Assembly: GCA_964016885.1 (NCBI GenBank)
Contig: OZ024740.1
Span: forward strand, 141,608,001-141,672,000
DNA: 64,000 bases
From: Eledone cirrhosa
Taxonomy: Eukaryota
Direction: 5' to 3'
The notes under the pieces are model-generated. The model had not been told where the DNA came from. It saw only the letters and a program-made list of their open reading frames with translations, and did not search any database. Shown piece by piece: positions 1 to 14,129 of this stretch. The translations under genes and the position numbers were made by a program. Positions within the stretch are counted from its first letter, which is position 1. The number at the start of each line of letters is the position of its first letter.

Positions 1-121
1 TACCTCTTATCTGTATCGCTCTATTATTCCCTCTCCTTTTTCTTTCAGCACTTCCTTCTTTCTTCTATTCTTTTTTCTCACTCTCCCCCTCTCTGTTCCC
101 GTCCCTCTCTCTATCTTTATT

Positions 122-124
122 TTT

Positions 125-212
<88 letters not shown>

Positions 213-383
213 TATTTCTCTCTCTTGCTTGGTTGCTTCCCCCCCCCCTCTCTCTCTCTCTCTCTCTGTTTCTCTCTTCGTCTCCTTTCATTTTCTCACT
301 CACTCACCCTGTCACTCTCCTCTTCTTTCCTACTTACTTTTATTCTCCTACAAACCCACTACTCTTCTCTATCTACTCCCCCT

Positions 384-464
<81 letters not shown>

Positions 465-797
465 CATGCAACAAGGAGGTTTCTACGGACAGTTTCATCG
501 AACGAAAGAAGAAATAATAGATCTCGATATTGTTGTTTTTGTTGATTTCTGGAATGTTCAGTGTTGCTGTTACCACGACGACGACGAGGGCCATCACCAC
601 CATCACTACCAACACCAACACCAACACCACCAACCACCACTACCACAACTACCACAACCACCACGACCACGACGACGACGACCACCACCACCACGATGAC
701 GACCACCACAACGACCACCACCACCATCACCACCACCATCACCACCACCATCACTGATACCACCACCACCACCACCACGACAACGAGCCCCCTCAAC

Positions 798-873
<76 letters not shown>

Positions 874-900
874 ACATGCTGCTGCTGCTATTGCTGCTAT
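122..900. repeat. Microsatellite cluster: (TTTC)n, (CT)n, (CAC/CGA)n, (CTA)n
   Basis: Directly visible simple repeats; they explain the low-complexity ORFs in 1-930. Confidence 0.95.
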
Positions 901-1478
901 TGGTAGCTCCGAAAGCTGTTGCTCTTGTCTGAATTATTGTCGTTGTTGTTGTTATTGTTATTGTCTCTGTTGTAGCCGCCTTTCAATTCTGATCGAACGG
1001 CAGCCATGATATACGGAATAAACTTCATCGAACAGCTGGTCTGTTTATTTCTTAATCTAGGACAGCAGTAGTATTTTTGGTGGTGGTAGTGGTGGTGGGA
1101 TGGTGTTTAGGTGGTTAGTGGTGGTGGTGGTGTTCATGTTGGTGGTAGTGGGGTTAGTGGTGGTAGTGTGGTATGCTGTTGTTGTTTTCGGTGGTGTGTG
1201 GATTGAGCTGCTGAGAACCATCCGGTAGTTAATGAGTCCCGTTAGTTGGATTGGTTCTTTCAGCCCAACTCCACCATTCTCAGGGGGATTGGATTCGCAA
1301 TCCTGTGGCACTGGGGACACGAAGCAACATCTATTAATGTTTTACCAAAGTAGACAGTGCAGGAATAAAACTTGGTGAAGCCCTAAGCCGTAGCTTGTCG
1401 AGCTTATGTCTAAATCAAGAAACGCGCGTGGTCAGTAATTCTAAATCTGTGTTGAGTTTGGATGAGCTTTCTATCACA

Positions 1479-1560
<82 letters not shown>

Positions 1561-1569
1561 TATATATAT

Positions 1570-1623
<54 letters not shown>

Positions 1624-1625
<2 letters not shown>

Positions 1626-1820
1626 CGAAGAAAGTGTGGTAAGGAACCAGATGGACCATAACGCACCGGAGTACTCAATACTTAGGGTGGTAGAGTGGGT
1701 AATAGGAAAATATTCAAGACCCTGGCGGTAGAGCTCGAGCCGTTTCGACGGCTATTTCGGGTCCAGAAATAGCCGTCAAAACGGTTCGAGCTCTGCCGTC
1801 GGGGTCTTGAACATTTTCCT
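1624..1820 (-). mobile_element. Family A ~200-bp fold-back element (3' terminus of a Hydra-like PLE) in (TA)n
   Basis: aacgaag...gtggtaaggaaccagatggaccataacgcacc...ctcaatacttaggg plus a hairpin with ~55-bp arms; recurs about 9 times in the window; same sequence ends the PLE at 39380-39570. Confidence 0.85.
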
Positions 1821-1846
1821 ATATATATATATATATATATATATAT

Positions 1847-2041
1847 AGGAAAATGTTCAAGACCCCGACGGCAGAGCTCGAACCGTTTTGACGGCTATTT
1901 CTGGACCCGAAATAGCCGTCGAAACGGCTCGAGCTCTACCGCCAGGGTCTTGAATATTTTCCTATTACCCACTCTACCACCCTAAGTATTGAGTACTCCG
2001 GTGCGTTATGGTCCATCTGGTTCCTTACCACACTTTCTTCG

Positions 2042-2043
<2 letters not shown>
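1847..2043 (+). mobile_element. Family A element, exact inverted duplicate of 1624-1820
   Basis: Base-for-base reverse complement across a (TA)n spacer. Confidence 0.85.
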
Positions 2044-2104
<61 letters not shown>

Positions 2105-2218
2105 TAAAGAGTAAAAGTGAAAAAGCACAGGGGTATTGAAAGATTTTTTTCTTTCTTTAATACGACAAAATAAATATTTTTATAATTGTTACATTAAAGG
2201 GATTTAAATTTTGTCAAA

Positions 2219-2257
2219 CATTATCAGTTTCGATTGGTATGTCAATCTTATCAAATA
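2219..2257 (-). ncRNA. Hammerhead ribozyme motif, U3:A8 variant (decayed stem III)
   Basis: UUGAUAA-GAUUG(acauac)CAAUC-GAAA-cuga-UA; homologous to 5572-5616. Confidence 0.55.
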
Positions 2258-2884
2258 GTAGATCACCCGTGACCCGTTGGGTAACGTTCACTTAAAAATA
2301 TTTTAAAAAATCATCGCACACATACACACACACACACATATATATATATATACATACACACATATATATATATACACACTCAGACACACACACAAATATA
2401 TATATATACATGCACACATATACACAAACATAAAAACCCTTCCTATTTAGCTGGAAATATTCGCTACAAAGATCCTGTCCTAACACAAGTTATATGATAA
2501 ATATATCAGATTTAGTCACCAAATTTTAATTAGATACAGTAATGCTGTATTAGATTCTTTGCAGTCACCTGTTATAATTTCATTGAACACCACCACCAGC
2601 ACTCCCTCTCTCTCTTCCATTTTCCTTTTCTCTCTCTCTCTCCTTCAATCTAATATCTCACAACCACTATCTCTTTCTTTCTCTCTCTTTTTATGAAGGT
2701 ACCCGGAAAAACCCGTATCTCGGGAACGCGTGCTCCGATTTACGCGAAACTTGTTTTATTCCATTTGCATTCCCATTTCAGGGGCAACTTCCTTTTAAAG
2801 TATTTTCCCATTATGTGCCGTTTTGGCCGTATTAAATTACAGACAAGCACACAATCACAGAGTTTTTAGTCGTATATAGAGAGA
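2255..2884 (-). mobile_element. Non-autonomous Helitron-like element inserted into the PLE 3' UTR
   Basis: Minus 5' TC; 3' GC-rich hairpin followed by a degenerate CTAG; interrupts homology with 5570; same family as 13271-13796. Confidence 0.7.
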
Positions 2885-3610
2885 TTTAAAAAATGTGTTC
2901 TCTTATTTTGTGAGCAGTTAGAACATATGTGAATTTTGTGTCAACATCTCTTATATATATTTTCTTTATGAATGTAATCTGCTGATGATGTAAGTGCGGT
3001 TCAACAGATCGGAATTCAATTGATTCACTAGAAAATTCTCTTAGTTTAAATAGAAAATTTCTTTTCTATTCATGATAATGGTGCAGATGGCATTTTCTTG
3101 TTCTGTAATATGTACGTGTTTGTGTGTGTCTATGTGTGTGTGTGTATGTATGTCTATGCATTTAGGTGGGTTCTGTTAAGTTAAGTGTTCTAGTTACTTT
3201 TAGAGTTTGTAATAATAGAGAAAAATAGCCAAGATTGGATATAGCATTTTCTTTTGTATTGTAGTATGTGTGTGTGTGTGTTCGCGGGGTTCCATTGTAT
3301 TAAGAGTTCACGTTTATTTTTAGGGTTTGTAGATAAAAGCAAGAATAAAAGGGAAATATATAAAAATACAAATATAGGTATAAACATGGTTAAAAGGGGT
3401 CCTTTGGTAGGAGTACATTTGTCAAAGAATGGGTTTCTGGAGGATTTGATTAAAAAAGTATGAAAGAAAGTAAAATGTTTTAGTAGTTATGATTTTTCCG
3501 TTTATCTTGTGGTATGTCTATGTGTGTGTGGTTTTGCACATGTATACTTTTTCTTACCGATATGTGTAAATTGGTTATTCCTATCTATAGATCATTATCT
3601 ATTGTCTAAT

Positions 3611-3795
3611 GGTCGGTGGATTGGCAGTATCGGTAGAGGGTCGGACGCCATGCTTTCCAGCATAGTTACGTCCCTTTACGATCTGGGTTCAAATCCCGCC
3701 GAGGTTGACTTTGTCTTTCATCCTTACGGGGTCGATAAAATAAAGTACCAGTAATGCACTGGATAATTGCTGGCCTTGTGCCTAAAGTAGAAACA
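3611..3795 (+). mobile_element. tRNA-derived SINE with target-site duplication
   Basis: A-box-like TGGCAGTATCGG, B box GGTTCAAATCCC; TSD attatctattgtctaat at 3594-3610 and 3796-3812; copies at 25021, 37519, 63766. Confidence 0.9.
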
Positions 3796-3812
3796 ATTAT
3801 CTATTGTCTAAT

Positions 3813-4815
3813 GGGGAATAATTACATATTTGATTGTGGTTTATATTTTTTAAAGAATTCCTTTTGTTTATACATTCTTTGTTGTTGAGTGAAAGAGTTT
3901 GAGCATTTGCAAAGTGGGAAAATTTTGAAGTTGCTACAATGTGACTGCTTAAGGGAATTTGTCTCGTGTTTTCATCACAAATTTGTTGGTGGTTCATGGT
4001 CATTATTTTTCGTAATGATATTCCTGTTTGTTTTATATGCGTTTGCTGACATCCAGAGCATTTAATCACATAGATTAGGTTTTATGAGTTGCATGTGAAA
4101 TTTTCTTTTACTCTGAAGGATTTTTCATGCTTAAATTTGAATTCTGGTCTTTCAGTTAGGTATAAGCAGGTAGCACAATTTCTTCTCCCCCAATTTTTAA
4201 CAGTGTCGTTGGTGATTTGTTTGTGGGATTTTGCCCCTGTAAGGATACATTTTTATGTTTTCGGCTGTCTTTTACTTTTGATGATTTAGTGTATTGCTAG
4301 AATTGTTTTCATATTTTTCATCTTCACATAGAATAGGAAGATTTTTGCGGAGGTGTTCAAACATTTCTATATTTTTGGGGTTGAACGTTTTCACATTATG
4401 GTAAAACCTTTCCTTGGTTTTGATTTTGTTATCTTTAGTTCTTGGATATCTATATGATTAGCTCTGTCTGTTCCATTACTGCAGTCTTAGCTTACGTTTG
4501 TTTTCGAGTCCGATACTATTGTGTATATTCTTTATGCGAGGTTAAACGGAATGTTCAATTTCGTGTGTTTTGGGTGAATTGATGTAAATATAAAGTACTG
4601 TTTGGAGTCCGCAGGTTTATAGAAAATGTCTGTTTCTATTCTCCTGCCTATTTTTGAAATTGTGATATCTAAGCAGGCAAGTTCCTTGGTATTAAACTCC
4701 ATTGTGAATTGAGTGCTGTTTGTTAAAGTTATAATATTTTTTAATTCTGTGAGTGTATCAAGATTTTCTTGACAGAAGATAAAGCAATCGCCCAGGTACC
4801 TTTTCCAGTTATCTT
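3813..4815 (-). pseudogene. PLE reverse transcriptase C-terminus plus GIY-YIG endonuclease remnant
   Basis: WKRYLGDCFI (decayed YxDD), LDITI..IETDIFYKPADSKQY, NIPFNLA, Cys linker (NCATC), LIYVIKCSGCQQTHIKQTG; frameshifts and stops. Confidence 0.85.
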
Positions 4816-5571
4816 TTTACACACAATTTACCCACATCTGTTAGGAAACCTATACATGTGCAATTACACACACCTATACCACAAGATAAAAGGAAAACGC
4901 ACAACTAAGATCCCCCCACCCCCACTAAAAACCTTTTCTTTCTTTCTTTTTTTTTATCAAATCCCCCAGAAACCATTCTTTGAAAATGTACTCCCACCAA
5001 AGGAGCCCTTTCAACCATGTTATACCTATATTTGTATTTTTATATATTTCCCTTCTTTCTTTTATTCTTTTATCTATAAATCCTCAAAACAAACGTGAAC
5101 TCTTATTACAATGGAACCCCACGAAAACACACACACACACACACACACATACCACAAGACAAAAGAAAAATTCTATATCCAATCTTGGCTATTTTTACAA
5201 ACCCTGAAAATAACTTGACACAACAGAACCCACCTAAATGCACACACACACACACACACGCACATACACACACCCACACACACCCACCCACCCACACCCA
5301 CACCCACACATATATATATATATATACGCACATACACGCACACACTCACAGATACACACACACACAACTACAGAACAACAAAATACCACCTGGACCATTA
5401 TCATGAATAGAAAAGAAATTTTCTATTTAAACGATGAGAATTTTCTAGTGAATCAATTGAATCCCGATCTGTTGAATTCCACTTCCACCATCACCACCCC
5501 ACATTCATAAAGAACATATATAAAAGAAGAAATGTGACAGAAGATTCATATAATATGAGAACAAACTTTTA

Positions 5572-5616
5572 AAATATTTGATAAGATTGACATGCAAATT
5601 AAAACCGGTAATATTT
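5572..5616 (+). ncRNA. Hammerhead ribozyme motif, U3:A8 variant (G12 mutated)
   Basis: aaauau-UUGAUAA-gauug..aaauu-AAAA-CCGG-UA-auauuu; palindromic stem III ACCGGU. Confidence 0.5.
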
Positions 5617-6222
5617 GACAAAATTTAAATCCATTTAACAATTATAGAAATATTCATTCTGTCGGATTAAAGAAACATAAATCTTTAAATATACCCATGT
5701 GCTTTTTCACTTTCACTTTTTACCTATAATCTTCGATTTGTACGGAACTTTACTCCTCTTTTAAACTATATATATATGTATATATATATGTATATATATA
5801 TGTATATATATATGTATATATATATGTATATATATATGTATATAAGAGAGAATGAAGTTACAATTTAAAATATTTCTATTCACTATTTATTATTGAAAGT
5901 GACATGTATTTCGTTGATTACCAGCTCGAGGATACGTCTGATGAGCAGTAAGATGCCAAAATCAGGTGGATCGTATCGATTAAGACCCTGAGCTGATCAT
6001 CTGTCAAGCACATGTCACGATCAATGATGAATAAAAATATTTTAAATTGAAACTTTGTTCTGTCTTGCATAGTGTAAACACTGTTGACTACAAATGAATA
6101 TATAACACACTGATACCAGTCTTCAACTGGAATCACTCTGTTCAAGTAGTAGCATTAAGTGCTCATACTGGTGCCACCTACAGTAATTAACATACAGTAC
6201 TAAATAACCAACACTATGTATG

Positions 6223-6352
<130 letters not shown>

Positions 6353-6852
6353 GATGCCTTTGTGTACAAACGAAAGAAAAGTGCAATCAACTCATAATGT
6401 GGAAATTGAGAATATTTATATTAACAGTTTAACGTATGTTTGGTTTGCGAAACGAGTTCTTGGCCGTAAATATTAACATCTTTTTCAGTTGTGATCATAT
6501 ATAAATTCACCCATATATCTAGTCTCGTAAAGACAACATTAAACCCTCGCTCAGTCACAATGAATCAGTATTTGTGCGTGCGATGTACACTCATTGCATA
6601 CAGTGTCGAAGCCTGTGTATTTAGCGTCCTCGGCAGCTGACTTGTTGGCTCTAACGGAAGCATCGGCCCGAGTGACATGCGAAATTTGTAGATATTCGTT
6701 CGATTTCCCATTTGTTCCAGTTTACGTAATTTTATTAGTAATATCTGTTCTTTCCAGAGTCCCCGAGACTAGTGGGAGGGAGATAAGAAGGTATCCACAA
6801 ACCAGAGAATTCGTTCGAAAGCTTGCGACGCTGTAAATTCTTCTGGCGATAC

Positions 6853-7135
6853 CCAAGGGCCATGTGGTAGTGTTAAACCTGGTGACAACTTATATCTACC
6901 CTCTAAGTAGGCCAGAGTGGGATTTGAACCGAGAACGCAAAAAGTTGGAACAAATGCCGCCAGGTATCTCAACCAGCAACCCATCGCTCTGGATGAGTCA
7001 TTTTTTTTATCAATCTCCGAAAGAATGAAAGGCAAAGTTTTGATCACGGGGGAATTTGAATACAGAGTTCTGAAAGTAAGAACAAATGCCGCAAAGCCTT
7101 TTTTCCCTACGCTTTACCAACTACGCCTTGGACAA
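6853..7135 (-). mobile_element. Diverged SINE fragments
   Basis: gaatgaaaggcaaagt...gggggaatttgaa and gggatttgaaccgagaac match the reverse complement of the SINE B-box/body. Confidence 0.6.
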
Positions 7136-7792
7136 ACTGCCGCCTTACACCAACGATCTTCAAATGTATATTGGTGGAATGGTACTCTAAGCTTCTGTAT
7201 AGTTGAATACGCGATGCAATTTCGGTTTCCATGTTAATATTGTATTTTTTTCTCCTACACTCCTACGGTTTCCGCTGTAAAATGTTAGTGTGGAAAATTG
7301 TTGATTAACCGAATCTATTATGCAAGTTCGAATCTTTAGGGGAGCTCTATAATTCATTTTATTTTTTGTCTCTCCGAGTCTCTGTTGTTGTTTTTCATTA
7401 TTTTTACTGATTAATTAGGGAAAGAAGGACATTGGCCATAAAACTTTTCAGGACCTCCATAACTGATGGGAGGCAAAGTGTATCTTTAAATTGGAAACCT
7501 CTCTGTTTGTAACAGAGCTGACTCCAGATGTTGCTGTTATATTGGTCGACGGATCATGTCTATCACGCAAAATTATATCTAACACCCAAGATTATGTCTA
7601 CCACCCAAAATTGAGTCTACGATTCAAGGTCAAGTATACCACCCAAGATTAAGTCTACTAGGAAGTTATTGTTATTGTTATTATGTATAGTCACCTTCCA
7701 CTAGTATTTTACAATTGTTCCACAGTTTGATGACGCCATCTTTGTGGGTGTCCAAAATTAAACATTCTTTGCTATCTTTATTTTAGTGCCAT

Positions 7793-7929
7793 TCAGCTTA
7801 TTAATCGACGCCGCACGACAAAATTTCCATCCATGGAATCTGAAATCCCGATGGACTCGTTTGGGCGTATTTGTGACGTACGGCGTTTCTTGGGCACTTC
7901 AGCCCAGTGAAGTCCATTCATCACCAGAT
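7793..7929 (-). CDS. Putative terminal coding exon of a host gene (xLVMNGLHWAEVPKKRRTSQIRPNESIGISDSMDGNFVVRRRLIS*)
   Basis: Unique GC-richer island; ttcag acceptor downstream of a (CT)n tract; open frame to TGA; no recognised homology. Confidence 0.3.
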
Positions 7930-7949
7930 CTGAACATAGCGGATTTCTC

Positions 7950-8048
<99 letters not shown>

Positions 8049-9118
8049 CCTAAATATTTTACCTAACTTCTAAAATTTAGTAAAAAGCTGTACTTATACA
8101 TAACTGCATAGCATTAAATATACAGAAACATTATTTGTGCTTCCTGCTTTAATCAATAAATAGAGCAAAGTTGTCAAAGACAAACAAACTCATACTTTGT
8201 GATTTTCATCAATATTTTCACTCTTACTTTAGTTATATCTCAATTCAACAGTTAAATATGAATTTTATTGCGAATTAAAATTTGTATTTTCCAAATTTTG
8301 AAATAGAATCATGTTCTGATGCAGCGCAACTAATTACATTTCGCGGTACACTAACGTGCCGAGGCGCTCAGTTTGGCTTACCTGTAAATAATTTATCTAC
8401 TGAAGTGTCACAAACGTCCTTCAAATGAAATCTGCTCGAGTCCAAAGCTATCATGCCAACAGCTGTGTTGCTAATATATTTACACTAGTGCTATGCGCCG
8501 GAAACAACCCGTATACTACTATAGGAAAAGGAAGCTCTGTGAAGAGAGATAACATGGAGAGAAACCCATCATTTTCACGCAATCTAAGTCATATAAAATG
8601 TGAAGTGAAGAGAAAGATAAATTATAGGACGTATTTAGGGAATTATCGCTCATCAAACTATGAAAAATATTTCGTTTTGACAGACAGGAATAAAAATAAA
8701 AATGTTTTAGCTCTCATATCAGCCAAATTAAATTTCAAACAGATAATTTGACAGATAGATAAACATACAGAGACAAACGGAATTATAGATGGCCGGAAAG
8801 ATAAAGATACACAAAGATGAAATTATTAGATGTATAAACATAGATATTGTGAGAAAGAGGAGGAGATAGATAAATAGACGGATAAGTAGACTTATAAATG
8901 CATAGGGAAATAAATGGACGAATAGAAGGACTAGTATATAAATAGACGACTAACTAGATTAATAAATATATAGACAAACACACAATGGATTAAGTTGAGG
9001 ATGATTATACATCAGGTACCATAATGTATATATATATAAATTGAATGACAATAGAATATTAAAAAATACATATTAAAGGTAAATATAAAACAGTTGCTCT
9101 CTCTCTCACCCCATCTAT

Positions 9119-9237
<119 letters not shown>

Positions 9238-9881
9238 ATATATATATATACAAATATAGATTCAGCGAGAATCGCATTTCGGCGGGTAGGAAAGGCGAAA
9301 CGAAACGCAAAAATCAGAGATGACACTGGCAAAGTGCTCAATAGTTAAAAACCAGAGCTAAACAATGTGTTAAGAAGCCATACAAAACTGAAAAAGTGGT
9401 CAAGAAAGCATTAACCACCTAAGCCAAAAAGCAAATCAAGCTAAACAGGTCAAAACAAAATAAATGATAAAAAAAAATAATAAAAAAATTTATACAAGGG
9501 CGGTGCCTCAGCATGGCCTCAACCTGAAACAGGTAAAAGGGTAAAAGAGTAATATATATATATATATTTTTTTTTTCCGCTTTTTTTTTTTCGCTGTTTT
9601 GTTACTGTTTTCTCTTTTCTTCCTCTTTGCTTTCCTTCCCCCTTCTTCAGTTTTCCCAATAACTTACCCAGTAACACCCTAATAACCATTAATCTGGATA
9701 CCTAAATATGGAATGTTACGCAATAGTCCCCCCTCCCACAGCCCTGGCGGACAGGATGGAGAAGGCACCAGTTCTTTGAGAAAACAACACCACGCTTCGG
9801 AACTGGGCATATCAACGAAATAACGGAGGTAAACTTTGTTCCACCATTATGTTTTCCTGTTTTTTCTGTTCAAGTTCTAGC

Positions 9882-9932
9882 TGTCTGATGAGGTCACGTT
9901 GAATAACGGTTATCACCGAAATATATATTACA
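9882..9932 (+). ncRNA. Minimal type I hammerhead ribozyme motif
   Basis: ugu-CUGAUGA-GGU..ACC-GAAA-UAUAUA-UU-aca; palindromic stem III. Confidence 0.55.
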
Positions 9933-10097
9933 CCGAATATGAATAAACGAAGTTAATTTTAACATTTCTTGTTTTTAAATTACTCCGGAAGAAGCAGATC
10001 CACCCGCGCACTTCGTTGAGTGTCCTATTCTGTATACTGAAATGTTGGTAAAGAACTAAAACATGCTCAAATTTATATATATATATTTATATATATA

Positions 10098-10343
10098 TAG
10101 AAGTGGTTACACAACAGTTAGTTCACCATACTGAGAACAAATGTTTCACCCTAGCGGATCCTCAGCTCGTAATAGACATGGTTATACGGAACAGTTCCGT
10201 ATAACCATGTCCATTACGAGCTGAAGGTGAAACAATTGTTTTCGGTATGGTGAATTAACTGTTGTGTAACCACTTCTACATAACTCGTCCTATGGACTGA
10301 GTGCTCTACCACTACGGATATTACCTTCCAGTGTTCTACCACT
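10098..10343. mobile_element. Fold-back mini-element (arms 10098-10191 / 10195-10278) in (TA)n, with HHR at 10133-10168 (-)
   Basis: Near-perfect palindrome; minus arm gag-CUGAGGA-UCCGCUAGGGU-GAAA-CAUUUG-UU-cuc; plus arm has lost stem II. Confidence 0.75.
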
Positions 10344-10356
10344 ATATATATATATA

Positions 10357-11635
<1,279 letters not shown>

Positions 11636-11639
11636 AGGA

Positions 11640-12370
11640 AAAAAGATGAAATCGAAAATGCAACTGGTGTCTTTTTTTTAAAAATATATATTTATTTGGT
11701 TCTTTTACCGGTTTCGCAGTTCTTCTGCTTTTCAAAAGTAGAATTGAAATGGACGGTTTGTGGTTTTTCTCACATCTGGTTGGTCTTTGAATGTTACTTC
11801 TGTTTTATATGGAAAAAGTGGCTCGTAATGGTAGGTTTTTAGAGTAGTAATTTGATTGGTTGGTGAATAAGTATAATAAATTTCGCGCCAGTTCGCGTTA
11901 CAAAGTTCTTATTATATTTTCCTTTAAAAAAAGGGGGCGCTCAGGTTGTTTTTTCATATTTGAGTGAAGTTTGGTTGGTTGATGCAGTCACGTGAATAAG
12001 CACACCATGTTTCGCGCCAGTTTGTGCTTGAATTTGTTTTTACTTAAAAAAAAGGTGGCTCACGAAGGCTTTTTTTAAAATAAATGTAACTTGTTTGGTT
12101 ATAAATGAAATTATGACTGTCACGTGAACAAGTACATTAAATTTCGCACCCGTATTTTGGAATTTCTTTGTAGCCATTTAAAGAATTTTGTGTCAAACAA
12201 AAGATAATGGTCAAGAAAAGGGGATGGAGAGAGTTGTTCTGAGTATGACTGATGTGCTGAAATGTAATTTGATTGGTTATAAATGAAATTATGACTGTCA
12301 CGTGAACAAGTAGATTAAATTTCGCATCCGTATTTTGGAATTTATTTTGTAGCCATTTAGAGAATTTTGT
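11640..12370 (-). repeat. PLE pseudo-LTR-like region with degenerate ~120-170 bp tandem units; HHR motif at 11703-11737 (-)
   Basis: Repeated tggttgg..cacgtgaa(t/c)aagta..tttcgc motif, related to 28781-29245; UUGAAAA-GCAG(aagaa)CUGC-GAAA-CCGG-UA. Confidence 0.6.
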
Positions 12371-12394
12371 GCCATACATATGAAAAGCGTTTAT

Positions 12395-12890
12395 TCATCA
12401 AAGTATATCCCATCATATTCTAATATCTGCTGCCATCTTTATGTCAGAAGCTCAATTCCACGCGTGGGTCAGAATAGAAGCTCCCGTTTTCAACCTCATC
12501 CATATTGTTGAACCTTCGTCTGCGCAGGAAATGAGACATGACTCGGAAAAGTTGGTAATCTGATGATGCAAGGTCTGGATTGCAGGCAGGATGAGGCAGT
12601 ATTTCCAGCTCCCTCAAGTTTGGCAGTATATACTGGGACATTGTCATGTTGTAGTAGTGTGCGTCTTCGATTGACCAATGCCGGATATCGGAGTTTCAAA
12701 ATATCATATACCCGTTGCAGTTGTTGAACATAAAGTTTAGCCTCCACAACATGACCATCTGGGACGAGCACAAAGTGCAACACTCCCTCGAAATTCTACA
12801 AAACACACAAACACACAATATAACCTTCTGTGCAAACTGTTTGACAACAGTTTCTGAAGCCTCGCTGGAACGAGGCCATTGATTTTCCTC
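12395..12890 (-). pseudogene. mariner transposase catalytic-domain remnant
   Basis: GVLHF.L.P...YVQQLQRV..LLQHDN, LPHPACNPDLASSDYQLF (decayed YSPDLAPSDY), RWQQILEYDGIYF. Confidence 0.9.
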
Positions 12891-12959
12891 GATATAATGC
12901 GTAGCTCGGAGATCAGAGAGTAACTCCAGGTAGAGCAGCTACTTCTCCGAATTGAGATA

Positions 12960-13110
12960 ACACAGCTCCGATACTATGGGCATGTGGTTAGAATGATTCA
13001 GGAAAGAATCACTGGGGAGAATTTACGGGCAAAACCAACTGGCAGGAGACCCAGGGATAGACCCCGAGCAAGATGGTTGGATAACATCCATGAACTTGGC
13101 TTATCGAGAA
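12960..13110 (+). mobile_element. LINE (RTE-like) ORF2 3' fragment
   Basis: LRYYGHVVRM...PTGRRPRDRPRARWLDNI. Confidence 0.65.
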
Positions 13111-13270
13111 TTTGACAAAATTAATTTATCGTATGCCCCCTTCTATCAAACAAATATACATTTAGGTAATCCAAGTGTCAACAATAACAGCAACAACAAT
13201 AATAATAGTAGTCAGAGGAACGAAATATTAATATAACATCATTCATTATTCACACGTGACGCGCATTATA

Positions 13271-13589
13271 TCTATCTATCTATATACTACTAAAACTCTG
13301 TGATTGTATGTTTGTCTGTAATTTAATACAACCCAAAACGGTGCATAATGGGAAAATACTTTGAAGGGAAGTTGTCCCTAAGTTGGGAATACAAATGGAA
13401 TAAAACAAGTTTCGCCTAAATCGAAGCACGGGTTCCCGAGATACGGTTTTTTTTCCAGGTACCTTCATAAATAGAGAGAGAGAGAAAGATAGAGAGAAAG
13501 AGATAGTGGTTGTGAGAGATTAGATTGAAAGAGAGAGAGGGGGGGGGGGAGAAAGATAGAGAGAAAGATAGAGAGATAAATAGATAGAG

Positions 13590-13620
<31 letters not shown>

Positions 13621-13796
13621 AAGAGAGAGCTGAAGGTGTTGTTGAATGAAATTATAACAAGTAACCTCAAAGAATCGAATACAGCATTTCAATATCTAGC
13701 TCGAATTTGGTGACTGAATATGAAGTCGTATGTATCATACAACTTCTGATAGGACATGATGTTTTTAGCGAATATTTCCTGCTAAATAGGAAGGGT
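13271..13796 (+). mobile_element. Non-autonomous Helitron-like element, 5' part
   Basis: Reverse complement of 2437-2884. Confidence 0.7.
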
Positions 13797-14129
13797 ATCT
13801 AAGTGTGTATATATATGTGTGTATATATATATATATATATACATATGGTAACTGGTAACATGTATCCCAGTACAACCTGTCTCATGGTCGGGTCGTTGGC
13901 GACTAAACTGGCAACCCCACCAAGGTTTCTTGGTAAGGAGGGTGACTTTGGGCATCCTGCAGGACTAAAAACAAAACCTGTCAAAGGGCAAAGGAGCTCT
14001 TAAGAGTCAATGGCTATCCCAAATCACCGGGAGAGATGACCCCTTAGCCTTTGTCAAGGCAGAATTCTAGGAGAAGGAAGACTCTGATATAACACCTGCA
14101 ACTCTGGTGTATCCAATGATGTTGACTTG

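Larger units (their letters stand above)
2102..5727 (-). mobile_element. 5'-truncated Penelope-like element (Neptune-like) with inverted pseudo-LTR
   Basis: Minus-strand RT/GIY-YIG remnant at 3813-4815; 3' UTR 3590->2102 is a diverged inverted copy of 4820-5727. Confidence 0.8.

Noticed and set aside
7-932. ORFs rich in KE/SL/H/T/V
   Set aside because: Translations of simple repeats; the same applies to all HT/YI/CV/RE ORFs across the window
3611-3795. tRNA genes (also 14629-14752)
   Set aside because: A/B boxes continue into SINE bodies with multiple copies and a TSD; no clean cloverleaf
5929-5980. Hammerhead-like gatacgt-CTGATGA-gca..tgc-caaa
   Set aside because: G12 is lost and the stem III/cleavage register does not fit; at best a decayed relic
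6590-6840. GC-richer unique island as a coding exon
   Set aside because: Several short frames and splice-like sites on both strands, none convincing; may be UTR or regulatory
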